DNA of 64,000 nt from an uncultured Verrucomicrobiae bacterium (GTDB lineage Bacteria > Verrucomicrobiota > Verrucomicrobiia > Chthoniobacterales > JAFAMB01), in the NCBI GenBank assembly GCA_963837955.1, contig CAWIPH010000002.1, positions 3,520,001 through 3,584,000 of the forward strand. Reading direction: 5' to 3'. The position numbers and the translations under genes were made by a program. This document shows, in pieces, positions 20,111-30,384 of this stretch; within the stretch, counting starts at the first letter, position 1, and each line of letters starts with the position of its first letter. The notes below the pieces were generated by a model. The model was not told the DNA's origin. It worked only from the letters and a program-made list of their open reading frames with translations, and made no database searches.

Positions 20111-20264
20111 ATTTTCGACCCCTCAGTCACTCGCTTGTTGAAGTGTTTCTGTCGCTTCCTCCGGGTTCTTTGGCGCCGTAATGAGCTCGATAGCTGCCTT
20201 TAGCTCGGACTAAAACAGCTTTGTCTTGCCATCGTACCCACAAGCGGTAGTATGCCACCATCGC

Positions 20265-20474
20265 ATGGCAACCTATATCTATGAAACGGTTCCGGATTCT
20301 CCGGAAGTTCCGGTTCGGAGGTTTGAAGTCAAGCAGAGCATGAACGACACGCCGCTTACGCGTGATCCCGAGACGGGTCAACCGGTGCGCCGAATCATCT
20401 CCGGCGGGTTCGGATTGATCAGTAGTTCCCATACTACCTCTTCCTGTGGATCCGGCGGCTGTGGCTGTTGCTAA
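20265..20474 (+). CDS. FmdB-like small protein lacking the zinc-ribbon cysteines
   Basis: MATYIYE..FEVKQSMND.PL..DPETG..VRRIISGG pattern; Cys-rich tail CGSGGCGCC. Confidence 0.75.
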   Translation: MATYIYETVPDSPEVPVRRFEVKQSMNDTPLTRDPETGQPVRRIISGGFGLISSSHTTSSCGSGGCGCC

Positions 20475-20478
20475 ATAG

Positions 20479-21978
20479 ATGTACTCCGAACATCAACCTG
20501 GGCTGTTCCACGAATCCAGTCCCACGGTCACGCTGCCCGCGCCCTCGAGGAACGGGAGTAGCAGCTACGTTAAGAATTACGTTCTGGATACCAATGTCCT
20601 GCTGCACGACCCCCATTGTGTATATCGGTTTGCTGACAATCATGTCTGGATTCCGATCGAGGTGCTTAGCGAAATGGACAAATTCAAGAACGAGCAGACT
20701 GAGCGCGGCGCTAACGCACGGACGGTCCACCGTTTTCTGACTCGTTGTTTCAACCAGAATAGCCGGCTGGTTACGCGCGGAGCAAAGACTCCAGGGGGCG
20801 GCACCATCCGGATTGCCGTGAATGAGTTTCTTCCTGTTCTTCGGACCAATAAAGAGTTTCGGCGGTTTCACCAAGTGTTTCGAGACCTCGATCATCCGGA
20901 CAATAGGATTCTGGCCTTCTGTCTTTATGTGAAGAACAAGCATCCAGAGCGCACGATTCTGGTCACGAAAGACCTGAACATGCAGCTGAAAGCGCTAGCC
21001 ATCGGCTTGGAGGCTCAAGATTACGAAAACGACAAGGTCGAGGTTACCGACGTTGAAGACTACGCCCAGCGATCGATCGAAATCGATCCACGAAGTTTGC
21101 AGCGTTTCGCTAGTTCACGGGAGCTACAGTTGGATGAAAAGGCAGCTGAGGGCCTGTACCTCAACGAGTACGTATTCCTTTCCGGTGGAGATCACAAACT
21201 CATGCCGGCTCGCCACGTCGGCGGCGGGCTTTGCCGTCGACTCAATTTACCGCCTGCCCTGACCAACCCTCGTGGGATTCATCTCAAGCCAATGAACCTC
21301 GGGCAGCAATGTCTGTTGGATGCTTTGCTCGACCCTGAAATCGCGCTCGTGACCTGCTATGGACAGGCCGGAACAGGTAAAACGCTTTTGGCGGTGGCGG
21401 CTGGTCTCCACCTATTCTGGTCCAATATTTTCAGCGGCATATTAGTGAGCCGTCCCGTCATTTCCATGGGAGACACGTTAGGCTACTTGCCCGGAACGCT
21501 GAACGAGAAAATGAAACCGTGGCTGCAATCAATCTATGATGCGTTTGAGCTTTTACTTCCGGCCACACCCCTAACCGACTCCGGAAAGCGAAATAGAAAA
21601 AGTAGACCGAGCGAAGTCCACCCAGCGACGACGCCGCAGCTCAAGCCATACGAACAACTGATCGAGCAAGGAATCGTCGAAATAGAAGCCCTTTGCTATA
21701 TCCGCGGTAGATCGATCCCCAATCGATATTTCGTCTTGGACGAAGCACAACAATTGACACCGCTCGAAGCCAAAACAGTGGTCACCCGCATGTCCAAAGG
21801 CTCAAAATTAGTAATGGTTGGGGATCCGGCCCAGATCGACAATCCATACGTCGACAGCCGTTCAAACGGTCTCGTTTATACGCGTAATCGGCTGAAAGAT
21901 CAGGGGATCACTGCCCATGTTTGCCTGACCAAGGGTGAGCGCAGCCCGCTGGCTGAAGCTGGTGCCTCCTTAATGTAA
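20479..21978 (+). CDS. PIN-PhoH fusion (PhoH2/YlaK-like RNase-ATPase)
   Basis: YVLDTNVLLHDP, DNRIL, TKD (PIN); GQAGTGKT, GYLPG, YIRGRS, DEAQ, GDPAQID (PhoH). Confidence 0.93.
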   Translation: MYSEHQPGLFHESSPTVTLPAPSRNGSSSYVKNYVLDTNVLLHDPHCVYRFADNHVWIPIEVLSEMDKFKNEQTERGANARTVHRFLTRCFNQNSRLVTRGAKTPGGGTIRIAVNEFLPVLRTNKEFRRFHQVFRDLDHPDNRILAFCLYVKNKHPERTILVTKDLNMQLKALAIGLEAQDYENDKVEVTDVEDYAQRSIEIDPRSLQRFASSRELQLDEKAAEGLYLNEYVFLSGGDHKLMPARHVGGGLCRRLNLPPALTNPRGIHLKPMNLGQQCLLDALLDPEIALVTCYGQAGTGKTLLAVAAGLHLFWSNIFSGILVSRPVISMGDTLGYLPGTLNEKMKPWLQSIYDAFELLLPATPLTDSGKRNRKSRPSEVHPATTPQLKPYEQLIEQGIVEIEALCYIRGRSIPNRYFVLDEAQQLTPLEAKTVVTRMSKGSKLVMVGDPAQIDNPYVDSRSNGLVYTRNRLKDQGITAHVCLTKGERSPLAEAGASLM

Positions 21979-22336
21979 GGGTGCAGTCTTCCTGGGCGGT
22001 AGCTTGGCGCCGATCCGCGCCCCATCGTTGGGGAATACAGATGAGGCTGGGCATTTGATTTTCCATAGAACTATTGAAATTCAAATGGATCAAATCACCC
22101 AAAGGCACTAGAGCTGGACAAATGCGATTCCAGCGAGGGGCATCGATCCCATGATGAGGGAAAGAGAGTTGGAGCAGAAGCCGGACGGCTGTGCCTAGGG
22201 GAGATTTGTGAGGCGAACCCGCAACCACCAGATTTGTGGTTGCGATATCGGAAACCCGCCTCACCTTAGTCCGGCTGCGAAAACCGCGACTTTGATTTGT
22301 GTGACTGCGTTAAACGTGTCTTCGGCTTAATCGCGC

Positions 22337-25300
22337 ATGCCTAACCTATCCAGACCGTTTATCGAAAGGCCGAAGGCGACGGTGTTGCTTGTAGCCGGCT
22401 TCTTTTTGTTGGGCGTAATGGCTTACTTTCAGCTGCAGATCTCCTCTCTCCCCGACGTGGATTTTCCGACGATCAACGTATGGGCGACGATGCCGGGAGC
22501 CAGCGCGGAAAACATGGCTAGTTCGATCGCCGGCCCGCTGGAGCGGGCCCTCTCCAATGTGCCGAACGTCACTTCAATGACGTCTTCGAGCAGCCTCTCC
22601 CAGACCGACATCACCCTGCAATTTTCGTTGGAGCGAAACATTGATGCAGCGGCGCAGGACGTCCAAGCAGCCATAAACTCGGCCAGCGGTCTACCCAAGG
22701 ACCTGCCGAGCCCGCCATCCTACGAAAAGGTCAATCCCAGTGCTTTTTCGATCATCTCCTTGGCCGCGACATCGGACACGATGCCGCTCCCGGAGGTATA
22801 TGACTATGTCGATAACGTCATAGCCCGGGCGTTGTCCCAATTTCCCGGAGTCGGTGTGGTGGACTATCATGGGGACCAGGTTCCGGCCATACGTGTACAG
22901 GTAAATCCGACTGCTTTGGCCGCTCATGGCTTGGACTTGGAGGACGTCCGCGTCGCTTTGGCCGGTTCAACCGTAGACCGCCCGAAAGGAACGTTGGACA
23001 GCGAAAAGAAAACGCTCCTTATCGCGGCGAACGACCAACTGTTGAAGGCTCAGCCCTACAACGATCAGATCATCGCATGGCGCAACGGGTCGCCTGTTCG
23101 GGTTCGGGACATCGGTCAAGCGATTGATGCGACCGAAGAATCAAAGACCGGTGCGTGGGCTCAGCAAAGCAGGGCGATCATCATCGACATTCACAAGCAA
23201 ATCGGAGCTAAGGTCAACGTTCCGACGCTGGTTGACCAGATTAAGGCGGCTTTACCGGCATTAGAGGCATCTGTCCCGGCAGCAATCAAACTCCAGGTAG
23301 TTGCCGATCGGACGCGGACAATCCGCGCCTCCGTGATGGAGGTCGAAAAGACACTCTTGATCACGGTAGGCTTAGTCGCTCTGGTCATCTTACTCTTTCT
23401 GCGAAACGTCACAGCGACGCTCATCCCGGCGATTTCCATCCCGCTTTCTCTCATCGGGACCTTCATCTTCATGTACCTGTTCGGTTACAGCCTCGACAAC
23501 ATTTCGTTGATGGGTCTCACCATCGCCGTTGGTTTCGTCGTCGACGACGCGATTGTTGTGATGGAAAACGTGATGCGTCATGTCGAAATGGGAAAGTCAA
23601 GACTCCAGGCCGCTATCGACGGCGCCGGCGAGGTCGGGTTTACCTTGCTATCAATGACACTGTCCCTGATAGCAGCTTTTCTTCCGCTTCTCTTAATGGG
23701 AGGTGTCATTGGGCGGCTTTTTCGAGAATTCTCGGTCGTTGTTTGTGTCGCGATTATTCTTTCCGGAGCGATCTCGATCACGCAGACGGCGGTGGCATGC
23801 AGGCTCTTCCTGAGCCGCAACAAAGATGCTCCTAGAAGACCCAGCTATCGTGCCATCGAAGCGGGCGAGAAATGGTTGCTCAGTTTTTATCGGACCGGCC
23901 TCTCCTGGGTGCTCAGACATAAGCGGTGGGGGTTGATCGCAACGATCGGAATGTTCTTGGGCTCAGTCTATCTGTTTATCATCATACCCAAGGGGTTCGT
24001 GCCGGAGCAAGACAACGGCCTGATCAGCGCCTCGACCGAAGCAGCACCCGATATTTCGTTCGCCGAGATGACGCGAAAAAATCAGCAATTAGCTGAAATC
24101 GTGAGCCAGGATGCTGATGTTGCCAATGTTTACAGTTATGTCGAAACGCATCCTGCGACGAACAACGGCCGGTTAATGATTAACCTGAAATCATTCGACC
24201 AGAGAAAAGCTACCGCAAGGGAGATTATCGCCCGCCTTCGCCCTAAGCTCAAAACAGTACCGGGTATTAGGGTGTTCATGAAGCCTGTGCAGGAAATCCA
24301 AATCGGCGGCGGCGGGAAAACTCAATATCAGTATGTTGTGCAGGGCAGCGACGTTACCCAGCTATACAAATGGGCACAAATCTATGAGGAGAAACTACAA
24401 TCGTTGCCGCAGTTAGAAGACGTAGCTAGCGATCTAAATCCATCAGCGCCTTCTGTGACGGTGGTTGTTGATAGAGATAAAGCTGCCCGGTACGGGATTT
24501 TGCCCGATAGCGTGGATCAGATTCTCTACGATGCTTTCGGACAACGCCAAGTGGCGACAATTTTTAGCCCACTGAGCCAGCACAAAGTTATCTTGGAGGT
24601 CCCGCCAAGCTGGCACCTGGATGCCACTGCCTTACAAGCTATTCGGATAAAGTCGCCGAACACTGGGCAGCAGATCCCGCTGGACACCATCGCCCGTCTG
24701 GAACATTCCTTTACCCCGCTGGCAATCAATCACCTCGGCCCCTTTCCTTCTGTAACATTGTCTTTCAACCTGGCATCCGGGGCTTCACTCAGCGATGCGG
24801 TCGCGGCCATCCGAAAGCTGGAGCTGGGAATCGATAAACCCAGCAGCGTAAGAACCTCGTTCCAAGGTTCGGCGCAAGCCTTTCAAAATTCGATTGCTAG
24901 CCAGCCGATCCTGATCATCGCTGCTATTCTCGTCGTGTATATTATCTTGGGCGTACTGTATGAGAGTTTCATCCACCCGATTACTATCCTCTCATCGTTG
25001 CCATCGGCGACATTCGGAGCATTGCTGGCGATGTGGCTTCTCCACTACGATTTGTCTGTCATCACGCTAATCGGGCTCATCTTGCTGGTCGGTATTGTTA
25101 AAAAGAATGCGATCATGATGGTTGATGTGGCACTGAGCCTGCAGAGAGAGCAAAAACTGGGCGCTGAAGAAGCGATCTTCAGAGCCAGCTTGCTCCGGTT
25201 TCGCCCGATCATGATGACGACGATGTGTGCCTTGCTGGGCGCCATACCGTTGGTGATCTCAAGTGGCGCTGGTTCCGAACTGAGACGTCCCCTCGGAGTC

Positions 25301-25468
25301 GCGGTCATTGGTGGCCTGCTTGTTTCGCAATTTGTAACTCTCTATACGGTACCCATTATATTCCTGAACATGGACAAACTGGCAGGCTGGTCGAGACGCC
25401 GGAAGGGCAGAGGTGTTCAAGTATCGCCAACGAAGGCACCCTCTCTGGAAGAAGTCGTAACTTCATAG
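22337..25468 (+). CDS. RND efflux permease, MdtB/MdtC-like
   Basis: LPDVDFPTI, VVDDAIVVMEN, GIVKKNAIMM, RFRPIMMTT, GSELRRPLG. Confidence 0.95.
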   Translation: MPNLSRPFIERPKATVLLVAGFFLLGVMAYFQLQISSLPDVDFPTINVWATMPGASAENMASSIAGPLERALSNVPNVTSMTSSSSLSQTDITLQFSLERNIDAAAQDVQAAINSASGLPKDLPSPPSYEKVNPSAFSIISLAATSDTMPLPEVYDYVDNVIARALSQFPGVGVVDYHGDQVPAIRVQVNPTALAAHGLDLEDVRVALAGSTVDRPKGTLDSEKKTLLIAANDQLLKAQPYNDQIIAWRNGSPVRVRDIGQAIDATEESKTGAWAQQSRAIIIDIHKQIGAKVNVPTLVDQIKAALPALEASVPAAIKLQVVADRTRTIRASVMEVEKTLLITVGLVALVILLFLRNVTATLIPAISIPLSLIGTFIFMYLFGYSLDNISLMGLTIAVGFVVDDAIVVMENVMRHVEMGKSRLQAAIDGAGEVGFTLLSMTLSLIAAFLPLLLMGGVIGRLFREFSVVVCVAIILSGAISITQTAVACRLFLSRNKDAPRRPSYRAIEAGEKWLLSFYRTGLSWVLRHKRWGLIATIGMFLGSVYLFIIIPKGFVPEQDNGLISASTEAAPDISFAEMTRKNQQLAEIVSQDADVANVYSYVETHPATNNGRLMINLKSFDQRKATAREIIARLRPKLKTVPGIRVFMKPVQEIQIGGGGKTQYQYVVQGSDVTQLYKWAQIYEEKLQSLPQLEDVASDLNPSAPSVTVVVDRDKAARYGILPDSVDQILYDAFGQRQVATIFSPLSQHKVILEVPPSWHLDATALQAIRIKSPNTGQQIPLDTIARLEHSFTPLAINHLGPFPSVTLSFNLASGASLSDAVAAIRKLELGIDKPSSVRTSFQGSAQAFQNSIASQPILIIAAILVVYIILGVLYESFIHPITILSSLPSATFGALLAMWLLHYDLSVITLIGLILLVGIVKKNAIMMVDVALSLQREQKLGAEEAIFRASLLRFRPIMMTTMCALLGAIPLVISSGAGSELRRPLGVAVIGGLLVSQFVTLYTVPIIFLNMDKLAGWSRRRKGRGVQVSPTKAPSLEEVVTS

Positions 25469-25482
25469 CGAAGGGACCTCTG

Positions 25483-26616
25483 ATGCGCGGACGAAGTCTT
25501 ATTTGGTTAACAGTCTTGGCTCTTGCGGCTATCATAGTCGGGTTTGTCTGGTTAACTTCTTCGCGTCCGTCCTCGGTGAAATCAGCAGCCGATGATACTA
25601 TTCCGGTGGTAACCGGAAAAGTCCGCCGCCAAGACGTGCCGGTGTACCTAAACGGGTTGGGAAAGGTTCAAGCATTGAACACCGTGACGGTGCGGGCCCA
25701 GGTTGATGGAAAGATCATGCAAGTCAGTTTCCACGAAGGTCAAGAGGTCCGGGTGGGTGATGTGTTAATACAGATTGATCCACGACCGTATCAGGCGGCG
25801 CTGGACCAAGCTGTGGCTAAACAAAATCAAGACCAAGCTCAACTCGGCTATGCGCAGAAAGTGCTCGACCGAGACACTGGTTTGTTTAGCAAGAAGATAC
25901 TTGACCAACAGTCACTCGACCTGCAGCAAGCGACGACAGCTCAGCTTGAGGCGTTGGTAAAAGCAGATGAAGCGGCGGTGTCGAACGCCAAGGTTCAATT
26001 GGAATTCACCAAAATAACTTCTCCGATTGACGGGAGAGTTGGGCTTCGATTGGTTGACCAGGGTAATATTGTTCACGCTAACGACCAAACAGGTCTGGTA
26101 ATGATCACCCAAATCCAGCCGCTCTCGGTCGTCTTTACGCTGCCAGAAAGCAATTTACGAGAGATTACCAATAGAGTGGCTCCTGGTGCAGGATACGACA
26201 CATTCAAGGTGGCAGCCATGGACCGGGAGAATGATCAGATTCTGGATCAAGGAGAGCTAGGCGCTGTCGATAACCAGATCGATGAAACAACCGGCACAAT
26301 CAAGCTAAAGGCCGTTTTCAAGAATCAAGAACTCAAACTATGGCCGGGCCAATTTGTAAACGTGCGCCTGCTTATAGATACCCGAAGACAGGGATTGGTT
26401 CTTCCTTCCACGGCAATCAACCAGGGACCAAACGGCGATTTCGTCTATGTGATCCGGCCCGATCTTACGGCCGAAGTCAGGCCAGTCAAAGTGGGCGGCA
26501 CCGAAGAAGGCCTAACGCTCATCGAGCATGGTGTGGCAGAGGGCGAGAATGCGGTTGTCGACGGCCAATATCTGCTGAAATCGAACGCTCACGTTCGATT
26601 AAAGAATGCGGAATGA
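25483..26616 (+). CDS. RND periplasmic adaptor, MdtA-like
   Basis: TM anchor; VTVRAQVDG, IDPRPY, SPIDGRVGLRLVDQGN, DNQIDETTGTIKLKA, LWPGQFV. Confidence 0.93.
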   Translation: MRGRSLIWLTVLALAAIIVGFVWLTSSRPSSVKSAADDTIPVVTGKVRRQDVPVYLNGLGKVQALNTVTVRAQVDGKIMQVSFHEGQEVRVGDVLIQIDPRPYQAALDQAVAKQNQDQAQLGYAQKVLDRDTGLFSKKILDQQSLDLQQATTAQLEALVKADEAAVSNAKVQLEFTKITSPIDGRVGLRLVDQGNIVHANDQTGLVMITQIQPLSVVFTLPESNLREITNRVAPGAGYDTFKVAAMDRENDQILDQGELGAVDNQIDETTGTIKLKAVFKNQELKLWPGQFVNVRLLIDTRRQGLVLPSTAINQGPNGDFVYVIRPDLTAEVRPVKVGGTEEGLTLIEHGVAEGENAVVDGQYLLKSNAHVRLKNAE

Positions 26617-26782
26617 AGCCGCCGGCGTCTGTTTCAATGCCAAGAATTAACCAATGCGCCCTGGCGGATTTACGAAGCGAGGCCAACCGGCCGATTCCAC
26701 GAGAGTACTATGATTTAACCTACGAATGGGGCATGAAGTTTAAGTTTTAGTGAACAACCTCAAATTCCACAACCACATACCT

Positions 26783-27766
26783 ATGAACTTTTCAAAGAGT
26801 TACTCGCTCGCTGCTGTTTTCTTTTCAGTTTACTTACCGACGGTCGCGTTGGCTGAAGGTCCACCGCTGACTCTTGGTCAACCGATTGCCGTTCCTGGTA
26901 CGAAGGGTAAGTTCGACTACCTTCAGGTCGATGAGAAACTGAAACGGCTTCTGGCAGCTCACACCGCTAACGGGACTCTGGACGTCATTAGTCTTCCAGA
27001 TGGAAAACTAATCAAGAGTTTGCGCACGGGAGCGGTGCAAGGGGCCGTGGTCGACGCCGATCACAACAAGTACTACGCGAGTGTGAGCGATCAGAAGAAG
27101 CTTGCCATCATCGATCGGCAGAGCCTCGAGGTAGTTGCTTCGGTAGCCCTCCCCGGCCCGGCAGATTCACTCGCTTACAACCCGAAGAATGGAATGGTTT
27201 ATGTCGGCCATGACGATGGAGAAGATGTTTGGGTCGTTGATCCAGGCGCACAGAAGATCGTGGCGACCATCAAGATTCCGCCCAACCCGGAATTTATTGT
27301 ATACGATCCGGCTACCGACAAACTGTTTCAGAATATCAAATCGCAACCTACCATGCTGGTCATTGAGCCCGGGGCGAATTCGATTGCCGCTTCCTGGTCA
27401 ACCCTGCCAGCCGAGGGTCCTCATGGATTGGCCGTGAATCCCGAAACGCATCGACTGTTCTCCGCCGGAAAGAACGGTAAACTGGTTGTTTTGGACACTG
27501 CTTCCGGGAAATCGATGGGGTCGGTCGATATCGCTGCAGGGGTAGACCAGATCGCGTTTGACCCCGGGAACAAGCGGGTCTACTGCGCCGCCGGTCAGGG
27601 TAAACTCACGGTCGTGCAGGAGACAGAGGAAGGCGTTAAATCGCTAGGCGATGTAGCGACCCCGGCCGGTACGCACACCCTTGCCGTTGATCCGGCGACG
27701 CACTCGGTTTGGATTGCGTTCGCGAAGGGTGAAAGCTCTTACGTGGCAGAGCTGAAAGCGAAGTGA
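26783..27766 (+). CDS. Exported YncE/YVTN-like beta-propeller protein
   Basis: Signal peptide; GKFDYL, PHGLAVNP, GVDQIAFDP, HTLAVDP blades. Confidence 0.85.
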   Translation: MNFSKSYSLAAVFFSVYLPTVALAEGPPLTLGQPIAVPGTKGKFDYLQVDEKLKRLLAAHTANGTLDVISLPDGKLIKSLRTGAVQGAVVDADHNKYYASVSDQKKLAIIDRQSLEVVASVALPGPADSLAYNPKNGMVYVGHDDGEDVWVVDPGAQKIVATIKIPPNPEFIVYDPATDKLFQNIKSQPTMLVIEPGANSIAASWSTLPAEGPHGLAVNPETHRLFSAGKNGKLVVLDTASGKSMGSVDIAAGVDQIAFDPGNKRVYCAAGQGKLTVVQETEEGVKSLGDVATPAGTHTLAVDPATHSVWIAFAKGESSYVAELKAK

Positions 27767-28148
27767 AGTACCCCTCTCCGGGGGCTGAGAACCAGGTGTC
27801 GGCTCTATTTTGACGCGCATGGGGGCGCTGAGTCCTTCTGCGCTTCGGGGTAGCGAACCAATCCGGAAACCTGAAGTCAGCCCTTATGGGGCCTTCCCTA
27901 GCACCCGTTCCGGCCGATCATCCTGTCTCAAGAGTATTTCAGCCGGCCGCTGGGCTATCTTGGAAGGCACCTTCGGTGCTCGGGCGCATGCCCTTCACCT
28001 AAGGCTTCGTGCTGGAGTTTTCGATTGAGGCAGCTTCAGAAGCTAAAGTCCCAGCCCGCACCCTTACCTGCAATCGTCACTTCCGACCTTTAACCCTTAA
28101 CCTTTACCGTTGCCACCGATCGCATCCTCTTTATTCTGTTCGTCGATC

Positions 28149-28907
28149 ATGAGTTACTCTCCTTTAACCCCCCTGGACGGCCGCATTGCTGTAGTTACCG
28201 GCGGAGCTCGCGGCATTGGATTCGAGACCGCGCGGGCCTTGCGCGAAAACGGAGCAAAGCTTGTCGTTGTTGATATCAATCGCGAGCTCGGGGAAAAAGC
28301 AGCGCATGAGTTTGAAGCTGATTATTTTGCGGTTGACCTGACTAAGCCGGACCAGGTCGCGAAGCTGGCTAGCGACATCGTAGCAAAACATTCGCGCATC
28401 GACATCGCGTTCAACAATGCGGGGATTGCCTGCAACGTCCCTTCGGAGGAATGCAGCACGGAAGACTGGCTCCGAGTGATCGATATCAATCTAAACGCTG
28501 TCTTTTACTGTTGCCGAGAATTCGGCAAGGTCATGCTCCAGCAGGGGAAAGGAAGCATCATCAATACCGCGTCGATGTCAGGTTTGATCTCCAACTATCC
28601 GCAACCACAAGCCGCTTACAATGCTTCTAAGGCCGCAGTTATTATGCTGACAAAGTCGTTAGCGGGCGAATGGGCCAAACGTGGGGTGCGCGTCAATAGT
28701 ATTTCACCTGGCTACATTGGCACCGAAATGACCAAGATTGGCATGGCCCAAAACGACTGGTATAAGTATTGGCTCGACTTTACCCCGATGGGAAGGGTTG
28801 GCGAACCAAGAGAGGTCGCTTCCGCCGTCGTCTTTCTCGCATCCGACGCAAGCAGCTATTTCACTGGTAGTAATTTGGTTATGGATGGCGGATACACGAG
28901 TTGGTAG
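28149..28907 (+). CDS. SDR oxidoreductase, probably polyol/sugar dehydrogenase
   Basis: [36 protein letters not shown]. Confidence 0.9.
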   Translation: MSYSPLTPLDGRIAVVTGGARGIGFETARALRENGAKLVVVDINRELGEKAAHEFEADYFAVDLTKPDQVAKLASDIVAKHSRIDIAFNNAGIACNVPSEECSTEDWLRVIDINLNAVFYCCREFGKVMLQQGKGSIINTASMSGLISNYPQPQAAYNASKAAVIMLTKSLAGEWAKRGVRVNSISPGYIGTEMTKIGMAQNDWYKYWLDFTPMGRVGEPREVASAVVFLASDASSYFTGSNLVMDGGYTSW

Positions 28908-28939
28908 GAACGTGCCTGGTTCTCCGCCCCCAATATCCT

Positions 28940-29054
28940 GGGAGGGATCGCAGCCTGTCCGACATAGCTTTTCGATGCATCACGCTGAACGACAGCCTGC
29001 TTATGCGACGTCGGATCCTCGCGATCCGCGGCGCACGAGGACGTGTGCCCTCCC
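28940..29054. repeat. GGAG-REP doublet with a 64-nt hairpin cassette in its first arm
   Basis: GGGAGGGATCGC[28952-29015]TCCTCGCGATCC-GC-GGCGCACGAGGACGTGTGCCCTCCC; near-identical doublet at 57887-58001. Confidence 0.9.
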
Positions 29055-29134
29055 CCCTTTGGGGGCGAAACCCTGGGCCTATCGGATTGATCAGTATCCG
29101 GTGACGCAACGGTCCAGTCGCCGCCACCGTTTTC

Positions 29135-30145
29135 TCAGAATTTATACTGCCCGATATTCTCTTTGGTGAAAATAATGGGTTGACCCACCGTGATGGTGTC
29201 GCCATTAATCCGCTTCGCTCCAAACGGAGAAGTAAATTCGATAGCCCCTGGTTTCAGCTGCCCTTTGACCAAAGCCTCGCACACATAGATGATTAGTTGT
29301 CCCAGCTCTGGCACGTCCCACAACACTACCGCACTAACCTTTCCGCTCTCCACGAACTGCACCGTCGCTGCCGGAGTACCCAATCCAACCACCCGCACCT
29401 GACCATCTCGATTTGAGCGACTGATCGTTTCAGCACAACTGGTCAACGCGTCGACGCTTAAGGCCCAAACTCCGCGGAGATCAGGATAACCTAACAGCAG
29501 ATTATTGGTTAACTGGATCGCGCCGCTCTGATCCCCGTTGGTTGGTTCAGTTTCGAGAAGATGGATGCCAGGGTAAAGACTCAACCGCTCCTTCATGTAA
29601 GCAATCCAACTGCTCTGATCGACAGCGGCCGAAAAAGTGGTCTCAACGGCTACCTTACCCTCAGGGCTCTCCCCGCCCAACGCTTGGGCCATAGCATCAA
29701 CCAACGCATATCCAAAATCGCGATCGGTGACCTGGTTGATGAAAAAATCCCGTGAGTCTTTGCTTTCGTCGTAATCCCAAGTAACGACTTTGATTCCTTT
29801 CTGCCGAGCCCTCTTCAAGGCGGGTGCAACACTAGGTGGATTAGTGCCCGCCACCGCTAGCACGTCCACCCCTTTGGCAATCATCTGATCGACGAACTGG
29901 GCCTCTTTCTCCGGACTATCGTCCGTTGGGCCGTCATAGAAAAGATCGACGTCATCCAATTCAGCGGAGGCCTTTTTGGCACCTTCATAGATTGCGTTGA
30001 AGTAGGCGGTCCCTTTTTGACGAGAAATCAGCCCAATTCGAGTCTTCTTGATCGGCTGCTCAGCCGGACTGAGAGGTATAGCTAATAGGCAGGCCGAAAC
30101 AAAAATCGATGCTCGCAAACCGCGCAATAACAATAGGTGAGTCAT
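29135..30145 (-). CDS. Orphan sugar-binding protein (rhamnose RhaS / AI-2 LsrB-like)
   Basis: Signal peptide; YF, DGP, GIKVVTWD, RDFFINQ, LWDVPELG, IFTKENI. Confidence 0.85.
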   Translation of the reverse strand: MTHLLLLRGLRASIFVSACLLAIPLSPAEQPIKKTRIGLISRQKGTAYFNAIYEGAKKASAELDDVDLFYDGPTDDSPEKEAQFVDQMIAKGVDVLAVAGTNPPSVAPALKRARQKGIKVVTWDYDESKDSRDFFINQVTDRDFGYALVDAMAQALGGESPEGKVAVETTFSAAVDQSSWIAYMKERLSLYPGIHLLETEPTNGDQSGAIQLTNNLLLGYPDLRGVWALSVDALTSCAETISRSNRDGQVRVVGLGTPAATVQFVESGKVSAVVLWDVPELGQLIIYVCEALVKGQLKPGAIEFTSPFGAKRINGDTITVGQPIIFTKENIGQYKF

Positions 30146-30384
30146 CGGAAAACGGGAGTCCCGCAGATTTTTCTCGAGCCGCCTGCTGAAGTCGAGCTTC
30201 GACGGACCAACATTGCAATCTTTTCTTGGAGATAACGAGTATTCTCGCATGTTTGCCTTGCATGTTTGCATCGACCGATCAGAGCGAGAGCTTCAGCAAC
30301 GAACGCGTCGCACTGCATCGCGGAAATTTGATACGCAGCGGCGAGAAATATCGTTTCTTCGCGCAACTCTGATGGCGGCGCTCC

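Noticed and set aside
27767..28030. 72-aa ORF or structured RNA after the YncE-like gene
   Set aside because: Looks like a decayed palindromic repeat; boundaries cannot be supported
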